This document shows positions 45,373 through 56,086 of a DNA stretch of 64,000 bases, piece after piece (the first letter of the stretch is position 1; every line of letters starts with the position of its first letter). Position numbers and translations under genes: made by a program. The notes under the pieces were generated by a model, which worked only from the letters and a program-made list of their open reading frames with translations, searched no databases and was not told the DNA's origin. Source of the stretch: Candidatus Aenigmatarchaeota archaeon (GTDB taxonomy: Archaea; Aenigmatarchaeota; Aenigmatarchaeia; CG10238-14). The stretch is taken from contig JAHLMM010000001.1 in the NCBI GenBank assembly GCA_018920365.1, positions 135,628 to 199,627 on the forward strand. Reading direction: 5' to 3'.

Positions 45373-47541
45373 TTTTATTTCAGGATTTGAATAAACTAGT
45401 TTGAAGTGTTTTAACCCTTCACCATTGAACAAGAATGTTCTTATAAATATGCTGTTTTCAACTTCTGGCGGCAAGTATATCAAAACTCTATAATCTGGCT
45501 GAACCCACAAAAGACCGCCCACTTTTTCAAAACTTGTTGTAGCATTTGTTATGTCAAACAATCTTGGCTGGCCTGTTTGATCGTAAAGTATGATTTTGCT
45601 TATCAAATATTTGTTATTATATATAGGAAATATTACACCTTGTTTTTCTACAATTGTTATTTTTAACCCAGAATAATCATATATGAAGACATTATTACCA
45701 TCTTTATCTTTTTGCACATCAGAGATTTGAAATATCCAAGGACACCATACCCATAAACCTCTGCCTTGTGAAGCAAATTCACCGCATGATAATTGACCTT
45801 CTTCTGTTTTTGGTGTTGATGCACAGCAAACTCCTGGCGTTTTTTGAAAATCATAAGCCGTTTTTATTGGAGCTCTATAACCACCAAAATAATTCAACCA
45901 TGTGAATTTTCCTATTAAATCTGCACTTGAAATAAAGTACATTTCAGACGCAGGTTCGCATGCTTCTTTAGGTATTTCAATTTTGTATACATCTTTATAA
46001 TATTGCTTTGCGTTTTCACACTCTTCAGGTGTTAGTTGCATATATTTTTTCAAAAGCATAACAGCTTCTGTTTCATTGCTTGTTGACAATATTTTGCCCA
46101 TGTCTTGAATTCTTACATTATGGTTATATGGTACGCATTCAGTCACACTACAATGAGCACCGTCTGCATGCACTCTTAGCCCAGTATAGCCAGCAATTAT
46201 ATGTCCAGGATCCCACCAAGTTGCAACTATAGCTTTTTTATCAGCATTTTCTTTCAACCAATTCAACATATTAAGCCAGTTGCTGCCAACACCCATTGAT
46301 CCAATGTTCAATGAAAATGCTATAGTTGACGATATGAACATAAGAGCGAAAAAAGCAATCAATCCATATACACCTGATTTTACAAAAACACTAGAACCTT
46401 CAAAATATTTTATAACATTACCAATCACATAACCAGCTGATGTTGCAACAGCAATTGCAAACAACAATGAAAATCTAACACCACTTAGAATTGTGTAAAA
46501 AGTAAAGCCAGCCCACATAAATAGAAATATTTCTTCAAAATTTACAGTTTCTTTTTTAACAAACTTTCTTATCACAAGTGCAGGTATTCCAAATATTGTT
46601 AAAAGCATTGGAAATGCACCCACTCTGCTAGCAACTTGATTAAATCCATCTTTGGTAAAGATGTTTATTGGTTGAAGCTCAGCAACAGAAACATTTACTA
46701 TTAATGATTCACTTCCAGATCTAAATCCGCTTGAAACTAGAATGAAATCAACAAAAGTACCAAAACCTAGCAATGGCATCACAATGTTTAAAACTATTAT
46801 TATTGACAAGAGCGGCAAAAGCATTGGTTTTAATTCTTTTATTATTGCTCCAATTGATGTAAATTTACCTTTTCTTAAATAACTTTCTATAAATCTGAAT
46901 AGTATAAAACCTGGTATATATGCAAGGAAAAATGTTGTCACATACCAACCAAACCACCAGCTGTATATAAATGCCATGTTTGCAAGTATAGCAGCTATTA
47001 TATATGGTATAGTTTTCTTTTTCATTGCCAAGAAAATAGTAAATATTGATAGAAGAGAATAGAATACGACAACAGTATCAGTATCCATATAGCTACCCAT
47101 AGAAACTATGATGAATGTCGGAGACATTGTTATAAACAAAGCTGTTGCCAAGCCACCCCATTCATTTGATAGCTCTTTTCCAAGAAAATATGCAGGTATT
47201 ACTGACATAACAGACATTATTATCGGAACATATGTAGCAAATTTCATAAATTCTGTATTAAAAAAGATGCTTTGTATTTTATATGCAATTACTACAAAAT
47301 ATTCATACCCTAATGTTTTTGGAAAAGGTCTTCCTGGCGGAAAGAATGATAGCAGATCCCATTCAGGTACTTTGAAGTTATTCTTCCATAAAACTTCGCT
47401 TATTCTATAGAAAAACCAAGGATCATAATCAGCTATCATATCTGTTCTTCCTGGCAGTCTGCTATAGCCAACAATAATCATTAATGCTAATACCAAAGAC
47501 GGTACAATTAGACTCTTGAAATTCAATTTCATAGCGATCAT
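45349..47541 (-). CDS. aglB: Oligosaccharyltransferase AglB (STT3 homolog)
   Basis: 13-TM N-terminal domain with acidic loop, WWDYG-type motif IVATWWDPGHIIAGY, soluble C-terminal domain; 730 aa. Confidence 0.8.
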   Translation of the reverse strand: MIAMKLNFKSLIVPSLVLALMIIVGYSRLPGRTDMIADYDPWFFYRISEVLWKNNFKVPEWDLLSFFPPGRPFPKTLGYEYFVVIAYKIQSIFFNTEFMKFATYVPIIMSVMSVIPAYFLGKELSNEWGGLATALFITMSPTFIIVSMGSYMDTDTVVVFYSLLSIFTIFLAMKKKTIPYIIAAILANMAFIYSWWFGWYVTTFFLAYIPGFILFRFIESYLRKGKFTSIGAIIKELKPMLLPLLSIIIVLNIVMPLLGFGTFVDFILVSSGFRSGSESLIVNVSVAELQPINIFTKDGFNQVASRVGAFPMLLTIFGIPALVIRKFVKKETVNFEEIFLFMWAGFTFYTILSGVRFSLLFAIAVATSAGYVIGNVIKYFEGSSVFVKSGVYGLIAFFALMFISSTIAFSLNIGSMGVGSNWLNMLNWLKENADKKAIVATWWDPGHIIAGYTGLRVHADGAHCSVTECVPYNHNVRIQDMGKILSTSNETEAVMLLKKYMQLTPEECENAKQYYKDVYKIEIPKEACEPASEMYFISSADLIGKFTWLNYFGGYRAPIKTAYDFQKTPGVCCASTPKTEEGQLSCGEFASQGRGLWVWCPWIFQISDVQKDKDGNNVFIYDYSGLKITIVEKQGVIFPIYNNKYLISKIILYDQTGQPRLFDITNATTSFEKVGGLLWVQPDYRVLIYLPPEVENSIFIRTFLFNGEGLKHFKLVYSNPEIKLYKVSFD

Positions 47542-48596
47542 TTCTTTTGAATTATATTATCATAAATCTTTATCAAATCATCTATATATTTCTTCCATGT
47601 GAATTTTTTCGCTATTAATCTGTTTTTCTTACCATGTTTCTCGGCTAGCCTTTTATTATTTATGTAGACATTCAAACCATCTTTTAAATCATTTATATCT
47701 TTTGGTTTTATTATAGGGCCGACTTGACCAATGTCAATTGTTGAAACTATTGCACAACCAGAAGCCATCCCTTCAAGTATAGAAAGACCAAACCCTTCTG
47801 CTAAAGATGGCTGACATAAAATAAGTGAAGAATTATATAATTTAATCAGTTCATCTTGATCTAATTTGCCAAGGAATTTAACATTTTTGCTTGCATTTTT
47901 CTTTATTTTATTCAAGTAATCGCCATCGCCCGCTATCCAAAATTCTATGTCATTAAAATACTTTGCAACCTCAATAAAATAGTCTAATCCTTTAATTTTG
48001 GATGTGCTTTTATTCATGTTCATGTTACCTATAAATAAAACTCTATTTTCTCTCTTTAGCTTGATTTGATATTTTTTAAAATCTATTCCAGGATGAATCA
48101 ATTCTATTTTATTTTCTTTTATTCCTAAGCCCAACCCAATTTGTTTTGACAAACTATTTTGAAATATCAGCTTGTCATAATTTCTTGTAAGAAAATATTT
48201 TTCCATTGATTGAAAAACTCTACCAATTATAGGGCCTTTAATATCAATCCAGTTTTCACCAAAAATATGATGTATATAACAGCAAATTGGTATTTTATTT
48301 TTTTTAGCAGCAAAATATGATGGCAAACACATATTACCACTGCTCGTATGAATTAAATCAGCACCTTTTGCTTCTTTCGCTATAATAGGATATGTCAAAT
48401 TCATCAGATATCTGTTTATTGGTATTCTAATTGTTTCAATATTTTCATAATATTTTATTTTTGGATCACCAGAAGTTAATACTTTGACTTCATATCCTTT
48501 CAAAATTAATTCATTTGCTATTCTATATGTTAATTTTTCGCCACCACCAGATACTTCAGGAGGAAAAATTTCATGAGTTATTAGAATTTTCATCAA
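47538..48596 (-). CDS. GT4 (GT-B, Glycos_transf_1) glycosyltransferase
   Basis: N-terminal GGGEK, C-terminal E-x7-E motif SLAEGFGLSILEGMASGCAIVST. Confidence 0.75.
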   Translation of the reverse strand: MMKILITHEIFPPEVSGGGEKLTYRIANELILKGYEVKVLTSGDPKIKYYENIETIRIPINRYLMNLTYPIIAKEAKGADLIHTSSGNMCLPSYFAAKKNKIPICCYIHHIFGENWIDIKGPIIGRVFQSMEKYFLTRNYDKLIFQNSLSKQIGLGLGIKENKIELIHPGIDFKKYQIKLKRENRVLFIGNMNMNKSTSKIKGLDYFIEVAKYFNDIEFWIAGDGDYLNKIKKNASKNVKFLGKLDQDELIKLYNSSLILCQPSLAEGFGLSILEGMASGCAIVSTIDIGQVGPIIKPKDINDLKDGLNVYINNKRLAEKHGKKNRLIAKKFTWKKYIDDLIKIYDNIIQKK

Positions 48597-48626
48597 ATTA
48601 TTTTGATTTTTTAAAAAATATAAAAA

Positions 48627-50147
48627 CTATGAAACCTGGTCATTTCCAACAAAATTTTCAATTTCAGGTTTTGCCACACCATCTGGATTTATTTTTCTTT
48701 TTATTATGTATTTTAAATATTCTGTAGCATAAACAACAACTCTAGAAGCTTCTAATGGATGTAAATTTTTTACAATGGTTTGAGCTATGTGTTTTGGGTT
48801 TAGATAAAAGCTAAGCATTAGTTTATCTCTCAATTTATCTATTTCTTCAGCTTTCAACCATGGGTAGCTTACTAAACACCTTAGTCTGCCATTACTATCC
48901 AACCATTGACCCCAATCTTCTGTTACCAAGTACCCATTCTTTTTTGCCCATTCATAAAATTCAGTTCCAGGAAAAGGCACGGCTTGTTGAAAGAAAGCCA
49001 TGTCAGGGTTCATATCTTTTGCTAGCTTTAATGTATCCATTATGCTATCCTTTGTATCTCCAGACAACCCTATCATAAAACATCCAAATATGCGTAAACC
49101 AGCTCTTTTGGCATCAACAGTAAATCTTCTAGCCTCTCTTACAGTAGCACCCTTTCTTATGTTGCTTAAAACTTGATCATTTCCAGATTCATACCCAACT
49201 ATAACAATTCTGCATCCAGCATCTTTCATCGCTTTTAATGTTTCGTATTTTGTTTGTACCCTGACATTACACGACCAAACAAAACCAGCATCGTCCAACC
49301 CCCTTTCTTTTATTTCTTTGCAAATATCAAGAACTCTTTGTTGATTTATTGTAAATGTATCATCTTCAAAAAATATTTCTTTTACAGCTGGTAAATTTTC
49401 ATGAATATATTCCATTTCATCTACAACATTTTTTGGCGATCTCATTCTGAACAAATGCATTGTAAAGGATTGTGGGTATTGACAAAAATTACATCTTGCA
49501 GGGCAACCTCTTGATGTCCATGTTTGCAACATAGGATATCTTGCCAAAGCATATCTATAATCAAAAACATTTAGAAATTTTTTGTAAGCTATTGAAACAA
49601 ATGGTATAGAGTCCAAATCGCTTACTAAAGGTCTTGGTGGTGTATTGAAAATGCCTTTATTGTTTCTATATGTTATGCCAGGAACATTTTCAACTTTTCC
49701 ATCATTTTCCAATCTATCGGCTAAATCTCTAACAGTATAATCATATTCACCTCTTAAAATGAAATCAATTGATTTAGACATTTTTATTAACTCAAAAGGC
49801 ATGGATGATGCCAAAGTTCCAGACATGGCAATTTTTACATCTTTGCCTAATTCTGATTTCACAAATTCTGCAAATTTTACGTCTGTGTGTGCAGTTGGTG
49901 TAGATGTTTCTATTACAACCATGTCAGGGTTAAATTTTTTTGTCTTTTTTATAGTTTCATCAAAGCTTAGTCTTTTTGCTATAGCATCAACTAAAAATGG
50001 TTTATGATTGCTTTGCTTCATCAAAACAGCTGTTGCATACGCAAGCCAAAAAGGATAATATAAAGTTCCGGATTTTGTGTATTCAGGCCACCTGCTGTCT
50101 TTACTTATTTTTACCTTAAAAGGTGAGTTTATTAGCATTACTCGCAT
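48627..50147 (-). CDS. B12-binding radical SAM enzyme (class B; likely methyltransferase or modifying enzyme)
   Basis: N-terminal cobalamin-binding-like Rossmann segment, CPARCNFCQY (CxxxCxxC), long C-terminal extension; 506 aa. Confidence 0.75.
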   Translation of the reverse strand: MRVMLINSPFKVKISKDSRWPEYTKSGTLYYPFWLAYATAVLMKQSNHKPFLVDAIAKRLSFDETIKKTKKFNPDMVVIETSTPTAHTDVKFAEFVKSELGKDVKIAMSGTLASSMPFELIKMSKSIDFILRGEYDYTVRDLADRLENDGKVENVPGITYRNNKGIFNTPPRPLVSDLDSIPFVSIAYKKFLNVFDYRYALARYPMLQTWTSRGCPARCNFCQYPQSFTMHLFRMRSPKNVVDEMEYIHENLPAVKEIFFEDDTFTINQQRVLDICKEIKERGLDDAGFVWSCNVRVQTKYETLKAMKDAGCRIVIVGYESGNDQVLSNIRKGATVREARRFTVDAKRAGLRIFGCFMIGLSGDTKDSIMDTLKLAKDMNPDMAFFQQAVPFPGTEFYEWAKKNGYLVTEDWGQWLDSNGRLRCLVSYPWLKAEEIDKLRDKLMLSFYLNPKHIAQTIVKNLHPLEASRVVVYATEYLKYIIKRKINPDGVAKPEIENFVGNDQVS

Positions 50148-50264
50148 TATAACACCATTATATAATTTGGATAGTATTGCTTAAATTTTTATCATAAGCA
50201 ACTTATTAATAAACAAGTTTTTATCTTTAAATAATATCTAATAAAAAATATTTGAAATGATTTT

Positions 50265-51944
50265 ATGTCTAAAGAAAAAAAAGATAAAGAAGTAGAATTT
50301 GAAATCAAAAATCCTGAAATAGTTGTTTTATCCTTTGCATTAGTGTTGTTTTTCATTTTACAGTTGAGAGTGACTTTGAATAATCCTATAGCTTTTGGTG
50401 ATGAAGGCTACCATGGCATGCTCCAAAGATATATTGGGATAAGTTTGGATTATCCAAAATGGCATCCTTATTATAGCAACCCAACTGGTGAAGGTGGTGT
50501 TTCAGATAATCCTCTGTGGCATTTGCTTGGTGCAAGTTTGTTTATGATATTCAAGTCTGATATTGTGATCAAAATTTTACCTCCATTTATAGGAACAATA
50601 TGTGTTGGTTTTGCGTCATATTTCCTTGGGAAGAAATTGTTTAACAACAGAACAATTGCTTTTGTTACAGCGATTTTGACAGTTACAATACCTTCTGTTG
50701 TGACATATTCAGTATTGAATTACAAAGATGCAATGATGACATTTTATTTCACTTTGTTTGTATTATCTTTCATTCTTTCATTAAAATCTAAAGAAAAAAA
50801 ATATGTTTTGCTTACAGGCATTTTTGGCGGACTTTTAATATTAGGAAAAACATCTGGCTATGTTATGGTTCCAGGAGTATTTGCTTTATTTTTATTGCAT
50901 GAAATCTTTTCTAATAAGAAAATTTCAGAATCTTTCAAAGTATTTTTACCAATATTTGTTTTGATTGTAATAATAACTTCTGGATTTTTTATAAGAAATC
51001 TGGTTCTTTATAAAACTCCTATATGCTCAGCATTTGTACCATTCTTTACACAAGAGAAATGCAGTTTAACAAAAATAAAATACACAGAGAAATTTTCTTT
51101 TGAAGGTAGAACTGTCCAAGTTGGAACAGAAATGACGCCGTTTAAAATAGGTTTAAACAATTATCTAGATTTTGCATATGGTGTAATTTGGTTTATTCCT
51201 TTACTATTTGTTTTGGGAATATTCAATTTCATTTATTTAAAGTCAAAAGAAAGAGTTCTGCTTTTATTAATATTCGTTTCCTTCATCCCGATATACTATA
51301 TTGCATTTACATCGAGATCAGAAGACACAGCGAGATGGTTATTACCATTAGCTCCAATTGTTTCAGTCATCGCCGCTGCTTATGGTGAAAATATATACAA
51401 TTTTATTGAAAAGAATCTCAAAGCTATATCCATCATATTTTTTGTTTTTATAATTTTCATGTCTTACCTTAATTTTAATCAAAAATTGAAAACAATGGAT
51501 CAGGTTAAAAAGTTTTCTCCAGCATTTTTGCAAGCTTGTGAATGGGTTAAAAAAAATACAGCAAAAGACGCTAGGTTCGGCGCTATTATTTACATGCCTG
51601 CAGCTGGGTACAATTGCGACAGAAATATAGCGGCGGGAGGACCTGACGTTGTTTTAAGTCAAAACAAAACTCTTGCTTTGTCGGTACTAAAGATGCAAGA
51701 TGCAGATTATTTGTTTATTCAGAAAGCGTTAATAGCATGGGATGACGCTAAATTAAGTGAAAGACATCCAATAAGTTTTGTTAGATTTTTAGAGACAAAC
51801 CCAGACGCCTTTGTCAAAGTTTATGAAACTGGTTCAAATATAGATATATGCTATCAACAAGGCGGTTGCGATGGTATAATTATATACAAAATAAATTATG
51901 AAAATCAGACAATAATTCCGGTGGAAAAATTAGTTTCAGGATAA
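50265..51944 (+). CDS. GT-C fold membrane glycosyltransferase (ArnT/PMT/GT39-83-like)
   Basis: ~11 TM with first extracytoplasmic loop carrying acidic residues (AFGDEGYHG), large C-terminal soluble domain; 559 aa. Confidence 0.5.
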   Translation: MSKEKKDKEVEFEIKNPEIVVLSFALVLFFILQLRVTLNNPIAFGDEGYHGMLQRYIGISLDYPKWHPYYSNPTGEGGVSDNPLWHLLGASLFMIFKSDIVIKILPPFIGTICVGFASYFLGKKLFNNRTIAFVTAILTVTIPSVVTYSVLNYKDAMMTFYFTLFVLSFILSLKSKEKKYVLLTGIFGGLLILGKTSGYVMVPGVFALFLLHEIFSNKKISESFKVFLPIFVLIVIITSGFFIRNLVLYKTPICSAFVPFFTQEKCSLTKIKYTEKFSFEGRTVQVGTEMTPFKIGLNNYLDFAYGVIWFIPLLFVLGIFNFIYLKSKERVLLLLIFVSFIPIYYIAFTSRSEDTARWLLPLAPIVSVIAAAYGENIYNFIEKNLKAISIIFFVFIIFMSYLNFNQKLKTMDQVKKFSPAFLQACEWVKKNTAKDARFGAIIYMPAAGYNCDRNIAAGGPDVVLSQNKTLALSVLKMQDADYLFIQKALIAWDDAKLSERHPISFVRFLETNPDAFVKVYETGSNIDICYQQGGCDGIIIYKINYENQTIIPVEKLVSG

Positions 51945-52060
51945 AGCAATTTTATAGAAAATTTCTTTATAATGAAAATTAATCCCAAATAATTGAAAAT
52001 AATATAAATTAAACAGTAAAAATGTTGATAAAATGAATATGTCAATAAAAATAATATTTT

Positions 52061-53254
52061 TTAATCATTTAATACATTTCTATATAAATTTTTGATTTTT
52101 TTGTAAAATATTTCATCTGAAAATTTTTTAGAAGTTTCTATTGAATTTTTTGAAAATTTTAGAAGCAAATCTTTATCACTTAATAATGTTTCCATTTTTT
52201 CAGCCAATGATTTAACATTAAAAACATCAACCAGAAACCCATTCTCATTATTTGATACATATTCGCTTATACCGCCGACATCGAATGCAATAACTGGTCT
52301 GCCATAAGACATTGCTTCTAGTCCTGTCAATCCAAATGGTTCTTGCCAAACTGATGGTAAAACAATAAAATCAACATCTTCATATAAATTTTGCAATGTG
52401 CTTTTATCGACAAAACCAAGAAATTTTATACGTTGCGATAAACCATAATTTTTTGCAAGATTTTCTAATTTTTTTCTTTCAGGACCATCACCAACTATCA
52501 AAAGTTTTGCATTTTTGTTTTTTAAATTACTGAAAGCTTCTATTAAATAATTCACACCCTTTTCTTTTGAAAGCCTTCCAGCATAAAGAATGTTTGCAGT
52601 ATATTTTAACTTTGGAATATTTTTTGGCAAATATATGCTTTGGTATATCACTCTCGAGTCAATTTTTGATTGATCTAAAGCTTTTTTAATTGTTTCGCAA
52701 ATAGAAACGTTTATAGTTTTTCTAAAAATGGACAATTCAAAATTTTTTATTATTGTATTATAGTATAGTACTGTCAGCAAACTGGGATTGACGTTTCTTC
52801 TATCACATTTTAAACAGTTGAAAATACCCATTTCTTTATCACAAAACTTTGACCATTTTGTTTTGCTGCTGTCGGGACATAAATGTTCGTAATCATTGAA
52901 TGTTTTTATTGTCGGTATTTTATTTTTCAGACACGCTAAAATAGGACTTGAAGATATCAAGCTTGTATTGTAAAAATGAGCTATATCAGGTTTTTCCATT
53001 TCAATTATTTTTTTTGTTATTTTGTATGAATTATAGTTGAATATTCTGTTTAAAGGAGACATAAATCTGTTTTGCTGCACATAGCTTTTTACATAGTAAA
53101 TCTTTATTCCATTTATGTTGAGATTTTTTTTGGATTCTACTGTAATTACAATCAATTCATGACCTTCTTTCTTTAAAAAATTTAATAATTTGAAAAACAT
53201 TGTTTCAGTACCGCCAACATTATAAAAAAATTGATTTGATAGTAATATTTTCAT
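52061..53254 (-). CDS. GT4 glycosyltransferase
   Basis: C-terminal EPFGLTGLEAMSYGRPVIAFDVGG motif. Confidence 0.75.
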   Translation of the reverse strand: MKILLSNQFFYNVGGTETMFFKLLNFLKKEGHELIVITVESKKNLNINGIKIYYVKSYVQQNRFMSPLNRIFNYNSYKITKKIIEMEKPDIAHFYNTSLISSSPILACLKNKIPTIKTFNDYEHLCPDSSKTKWSKFCDKEMGIFNCLKCDRRNVNPSLLTVLYYNTIIKNFELSIFRKTINVSICETIKKALDQSKIDSRVIYQSIYLPKNIPKLKYTANILYAGRLSKEKGVNYLIEAFSNLKNKNAKLLIVGDGPERKKLENLAKNYGLSQRIKFLGFVDKSTLQNLYEDVDFIVLPSVWQEPFGLTGLEAMSYGRPVIAFDVGGISEYVSNNENGFLVDVFNVKSLAEKMETLLSDKDLLLKFSKNSIETSKKFSDEIFYKKIKNLYRNVLND

Positions 53255-54315
53255 ATGAAATCTACCATCAATTCGTAAAATTTATTACCAAAAACTTTAA
53301 TTGACATATGTTCTAATACAGTTTTTCTAGCATCTTTATTTATTTTTTCATCAGAGTTTATCATTTCACTGAATTTTGTTTGAAAATCTGAAAAATCTTT
53401 TTTAACTAAAAACCCATTTTCACCATTTTTTATTAGTTCACTTGCACCGCAAAATTCAGGCACTATAACTTTTCTTTCGCAACTCATCGCTTCAAACGGA
53501 ACTATGCCGAAATGCTCTTCCCAATTTGTAAATATATAACATTTGCAATTTTGATAGTAATTTCTTAATTCAAAATCTGTCACATTTGTTTTAAATTCAA
53601 CAAAAGGGAATTTTTTTCTTAAAAAATTATAATATTCAAAGTCGTTTATTTGGCCGCATAATACAACTTTTTCATTTTTCAAATACTTTAGTGCAAGTTC
53701 AAATTTTTTAAATTTTCTTATTCTGCCACTCAAAAGGACAAAATCTTCTGAAGGATTTTTTTTGGGTTTGAAAAAATCAGTATCTACAGGCGGTCTTATT
53801 ACAACTGGATCTAAATTGTAAAATTTTTTAACTAAATTTTTGATGTAAATTGAATTGCACGCATATTTAATCATCTTTTTTGAAGGAATTCTATCAAAAA
53901 AATCTTTTATTGCATAGTAGATATTTTGTGGAAATTTTGCATCAGGTTTTAGGAATTTCATTGTCTGCGGAAAGTGGAAATAAAATATTTTAACTTTTTT
54001 GTTTATTTTTGCATGAAAAAGTGATGACCCCATTGTGTCTACAAGCATATCAGTTTTGCTGTAATTGAATAGAAATGGATATATCCAGTGCTTGTAAAGT
54101 TCAAAACTGCTAGTATTCATAAATTTTGATTTTATTTTAGAAAGAACTATTTTTGGTTGATTATCTTTAAATATTTCTGGATAAGCAAGTTCTTTTTGAT
54201 CAGAAAATATTGATACATCAAAACCTTTTTTCATTAGATAATCGGCAAGATAGCAGCATATTCTTTCACCACCGCCTTTGCATCTCTGATAAGGATGGAT
54301 TATGCCGATTTTCAT
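53251..54315 (-). CDS. GT4 glycosyltransferase
   Basis: EHFGIVPFEAMSCERKVIVPEFCGASE motif; GGGER N-terminal. Confidence 0.7.
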   Translation of the reverse strand: MKIGIIHPYQRCKGGGERICCYLADYLMKKGFDVSIFSDQKELAYPEIFKDNQPKIVLSKIKSKFMNTSSFELYKHWIYPFLFNYSKTDMLVDTMGSSLFHAKINKKVKIFYFHFPQTMKFLKPDAKFPQNIYYAIKDFFDRIPSKKMIKYACNSIYIKNLVKKFYNLDPVVIRPPVDTDFFKPKKNPSEDFVLLSGRIRKFKKFELALKYLKNEKVVLCGQINDFEYYNFLRKKFPFVEFKTNVTDFELRNYYQNCKCYIFTNWEEHFGIVPFEAMSCERKVIVPEFCGASELIKNGENGFLVKKDFSDFQTKFSEMINSDEKINKDARKTVLEHMSIKVFGNKFYELMVDFI

Positions 54316-54354
54316 TAAAAATATAGTATAAATTAATTTTAAATAATAATGTAA

Positions 54355-55122
54355 TCATCTTTTTGCATTTATGATACCGTTTTTATAAAAAACATCAAAA
54401 TCATTTTTCTCAAGGAATTTTATCATATCAAGATGATTTTTACTTCCGATATCATGAATTTCCATGCTGATCTTTTCAATCTTATCAATTATATTCTTTG
54501 GCGCTTTGAGCAAAACATCATACTCACATCCTTCACAATCAATTTTCATAAAATTGCATTTTTCAATTTTTTCAATTTTGAAAATTTCTTCCAAAGTTAT
54601 ACAGTTTACAGTTTCATATTTTTTGCTTTTATCAAAATAGGAATGGCCACCTGTATTATTTTCATTCAAAAATATTTTCAGCTTTTTTTGATTGCACACC
54701 GCAAGATTATATGCTTTTATGTTTTTTTTGTTGTTGATTCTAATGTTTTCATTTAATAGATTAAAATTTTCTTTTATAGGTTCAAAGCAAATTATCTTGT
54801 TTCTAGTGAATGTGGATGCATAAAGTGAAAAAACTCCTATGTGACCTCCTATATCTATTACAGTGTCACCATCTTTAATTTCAAAACCATTTGGATTATA
54901 AGCTTTGTCAAAAAATATTTCCAATATAATTCCTTTATCTGCCGTCTCTCTTCTTGTTTTTATTTTTACTCCTTGTCTTGTGTCAAAAATGCTATAAATA
55001 TTTTTTGAAAATTTTTCTGTAAAATACAATGGCCAATTTTTGAAAACAAAAATTGATTTAATTATTCTTTTGATTCTTTTCATCATTGAAATAATTATAT
55101 GAATGATGATTATATAAATCAA
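54355..55122 (-). CDS. FkbM-family SAM-dependent methyltransferase
   Basis: VIDIGGHIGVFSLYAS motif I, FEPIKENF, TLEEIFKIEKIEKCNFMKIDCEGCEYDVL (FkbM hallmark). Confidence 0.65.
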   Translation of the reverse strand: MIYIIIIHIIISMMKRIKRIIKSIFVFKNWPLYFTEKFSKNIYSIFDTRQGVKIKTRRETADKGIILEIFFDKAYNPNGFEIKDGDTVIDIGGHIGVFSLYASTFTRNKIICFEPIKENFNLLNENIRINNKKNIKAYNLAVCNQKKLKIFLNENNTGGHSYFDKSKKYETVNCITLEEIFKIEKIEKCNFMKIDCEGCEYDVLLKAPKNIIDKIEKISMEIHDIGSKNHLDMIKFLEKNDFDVFYKNGIINAKR

Positions 55123-56048
55123 ACACCAAAATTAAAATCTCTTTTAATCAAAATATCCAAGATGCCGATTAAAACAATCACCATGTATATAGCATCATAA
55201 AATGGAGTTAGCCAAGCAATCTTCCATTTTGTTATTTTGAAAATTTGGTAACTTCTCCAAAATTCAAGAGATAAAAATAATATTATACCGATGAAGCCAA
55301 AAATTGAAAATATGTTTTTTGCAAATAGGAAAATTATATATAGAGGCAATAATCCATTAACTAGTATAAATACTGAATTTCTTAAAGCTTTTTGAAATTC
55401 TTTTTTTGAAAAAAGCATCAATGTGGATTTAGCTGTCCATCTGCATTGCCTGTAAATTTTTTTAATATTTGTTGGCTCTTTATGATAAAATATAGCCTTT
55501 CTATTTCTAACTATTTTATATTTTTCTGAAACCCTTTTAGCAAATTCCCAATCATCATACATTCCAAATTTAGGATCAATGTAACCAACCTCTTGTATTA
55601 TTTTTTTTCTAACTGCACCCAAAGGAACTAGTGACGAGGTTTCATATCCTAGCTTTTTTTTTAAATACGATAATTTAGCAATTATATTTTTGTTGTTCCA
55701 CAAAAGCTCAAGACCTGTGACACCGCCTACATTTTTATCATTGAAAGGTTTTGTTATTTCTTTAATATAGTTTTTGTCTAAAACTTGATCGGCATCTACA
55801 AATAATATTATTTCACCCTTGGATTTTTTTATTCCCAAATTTCTAGCCGCACCTACACCCTTATGCTGACCTTTTATGATTTTTACATCATAATTTTTAG
55901 CTATTTTAGCTGTTCTATCTGTAGACTTGTCATCTATTACAATGGTTTCAATGTTTTCTTTTGGATAATTTTGTTTTTTTATCGAGTCCAGAACATCTTT
56001 TATGTCACTTTCCTCGTTATAGGCAGGAATTATTATTGATACTAACAT
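55119..56048 (-). CDS. GT2 glycosyltransferase with C-terminal membrane anchor (dolichyl-phosphate sugar synthase-like)
   Basis: LVSIIIPAYNEE, VIDDKSTDRT, FVDADQ (DxD), C-terminal 2 TM. Confidence 0.7.
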   Translation of the reverse strand: MLVSIIIPAYNEESDIKDVLDSIKKQNYPKENIETIVIDDKSTDRTAKIAKNYDVKIIKGQHKGVGAARNLGIKKSKGEIILFVDADQVLDKNYIKEITKPFNDKNVGGVTGLELLWNNKNIIAKLSYLKKKLGYETSSLVPLGAVRKKIIQEVGYIDPKFGMYDDWEFAKRVSEKYKIVRNRKAIFYHKEPTNIKKIYRQCRWTAKSTLMLFSKKEFQKALRNSVFILVNGLLPLYIIFLFAKNIFSIFGFIGIILFLSLEFWRSYQIFKITKWKIAWLTPFYDAIYMVIVLIGILDILIKRDFNFGV

Positions 56049-56086
56049 TGATTAAATATTAAACTATAAAAATAAAACTATATTTC

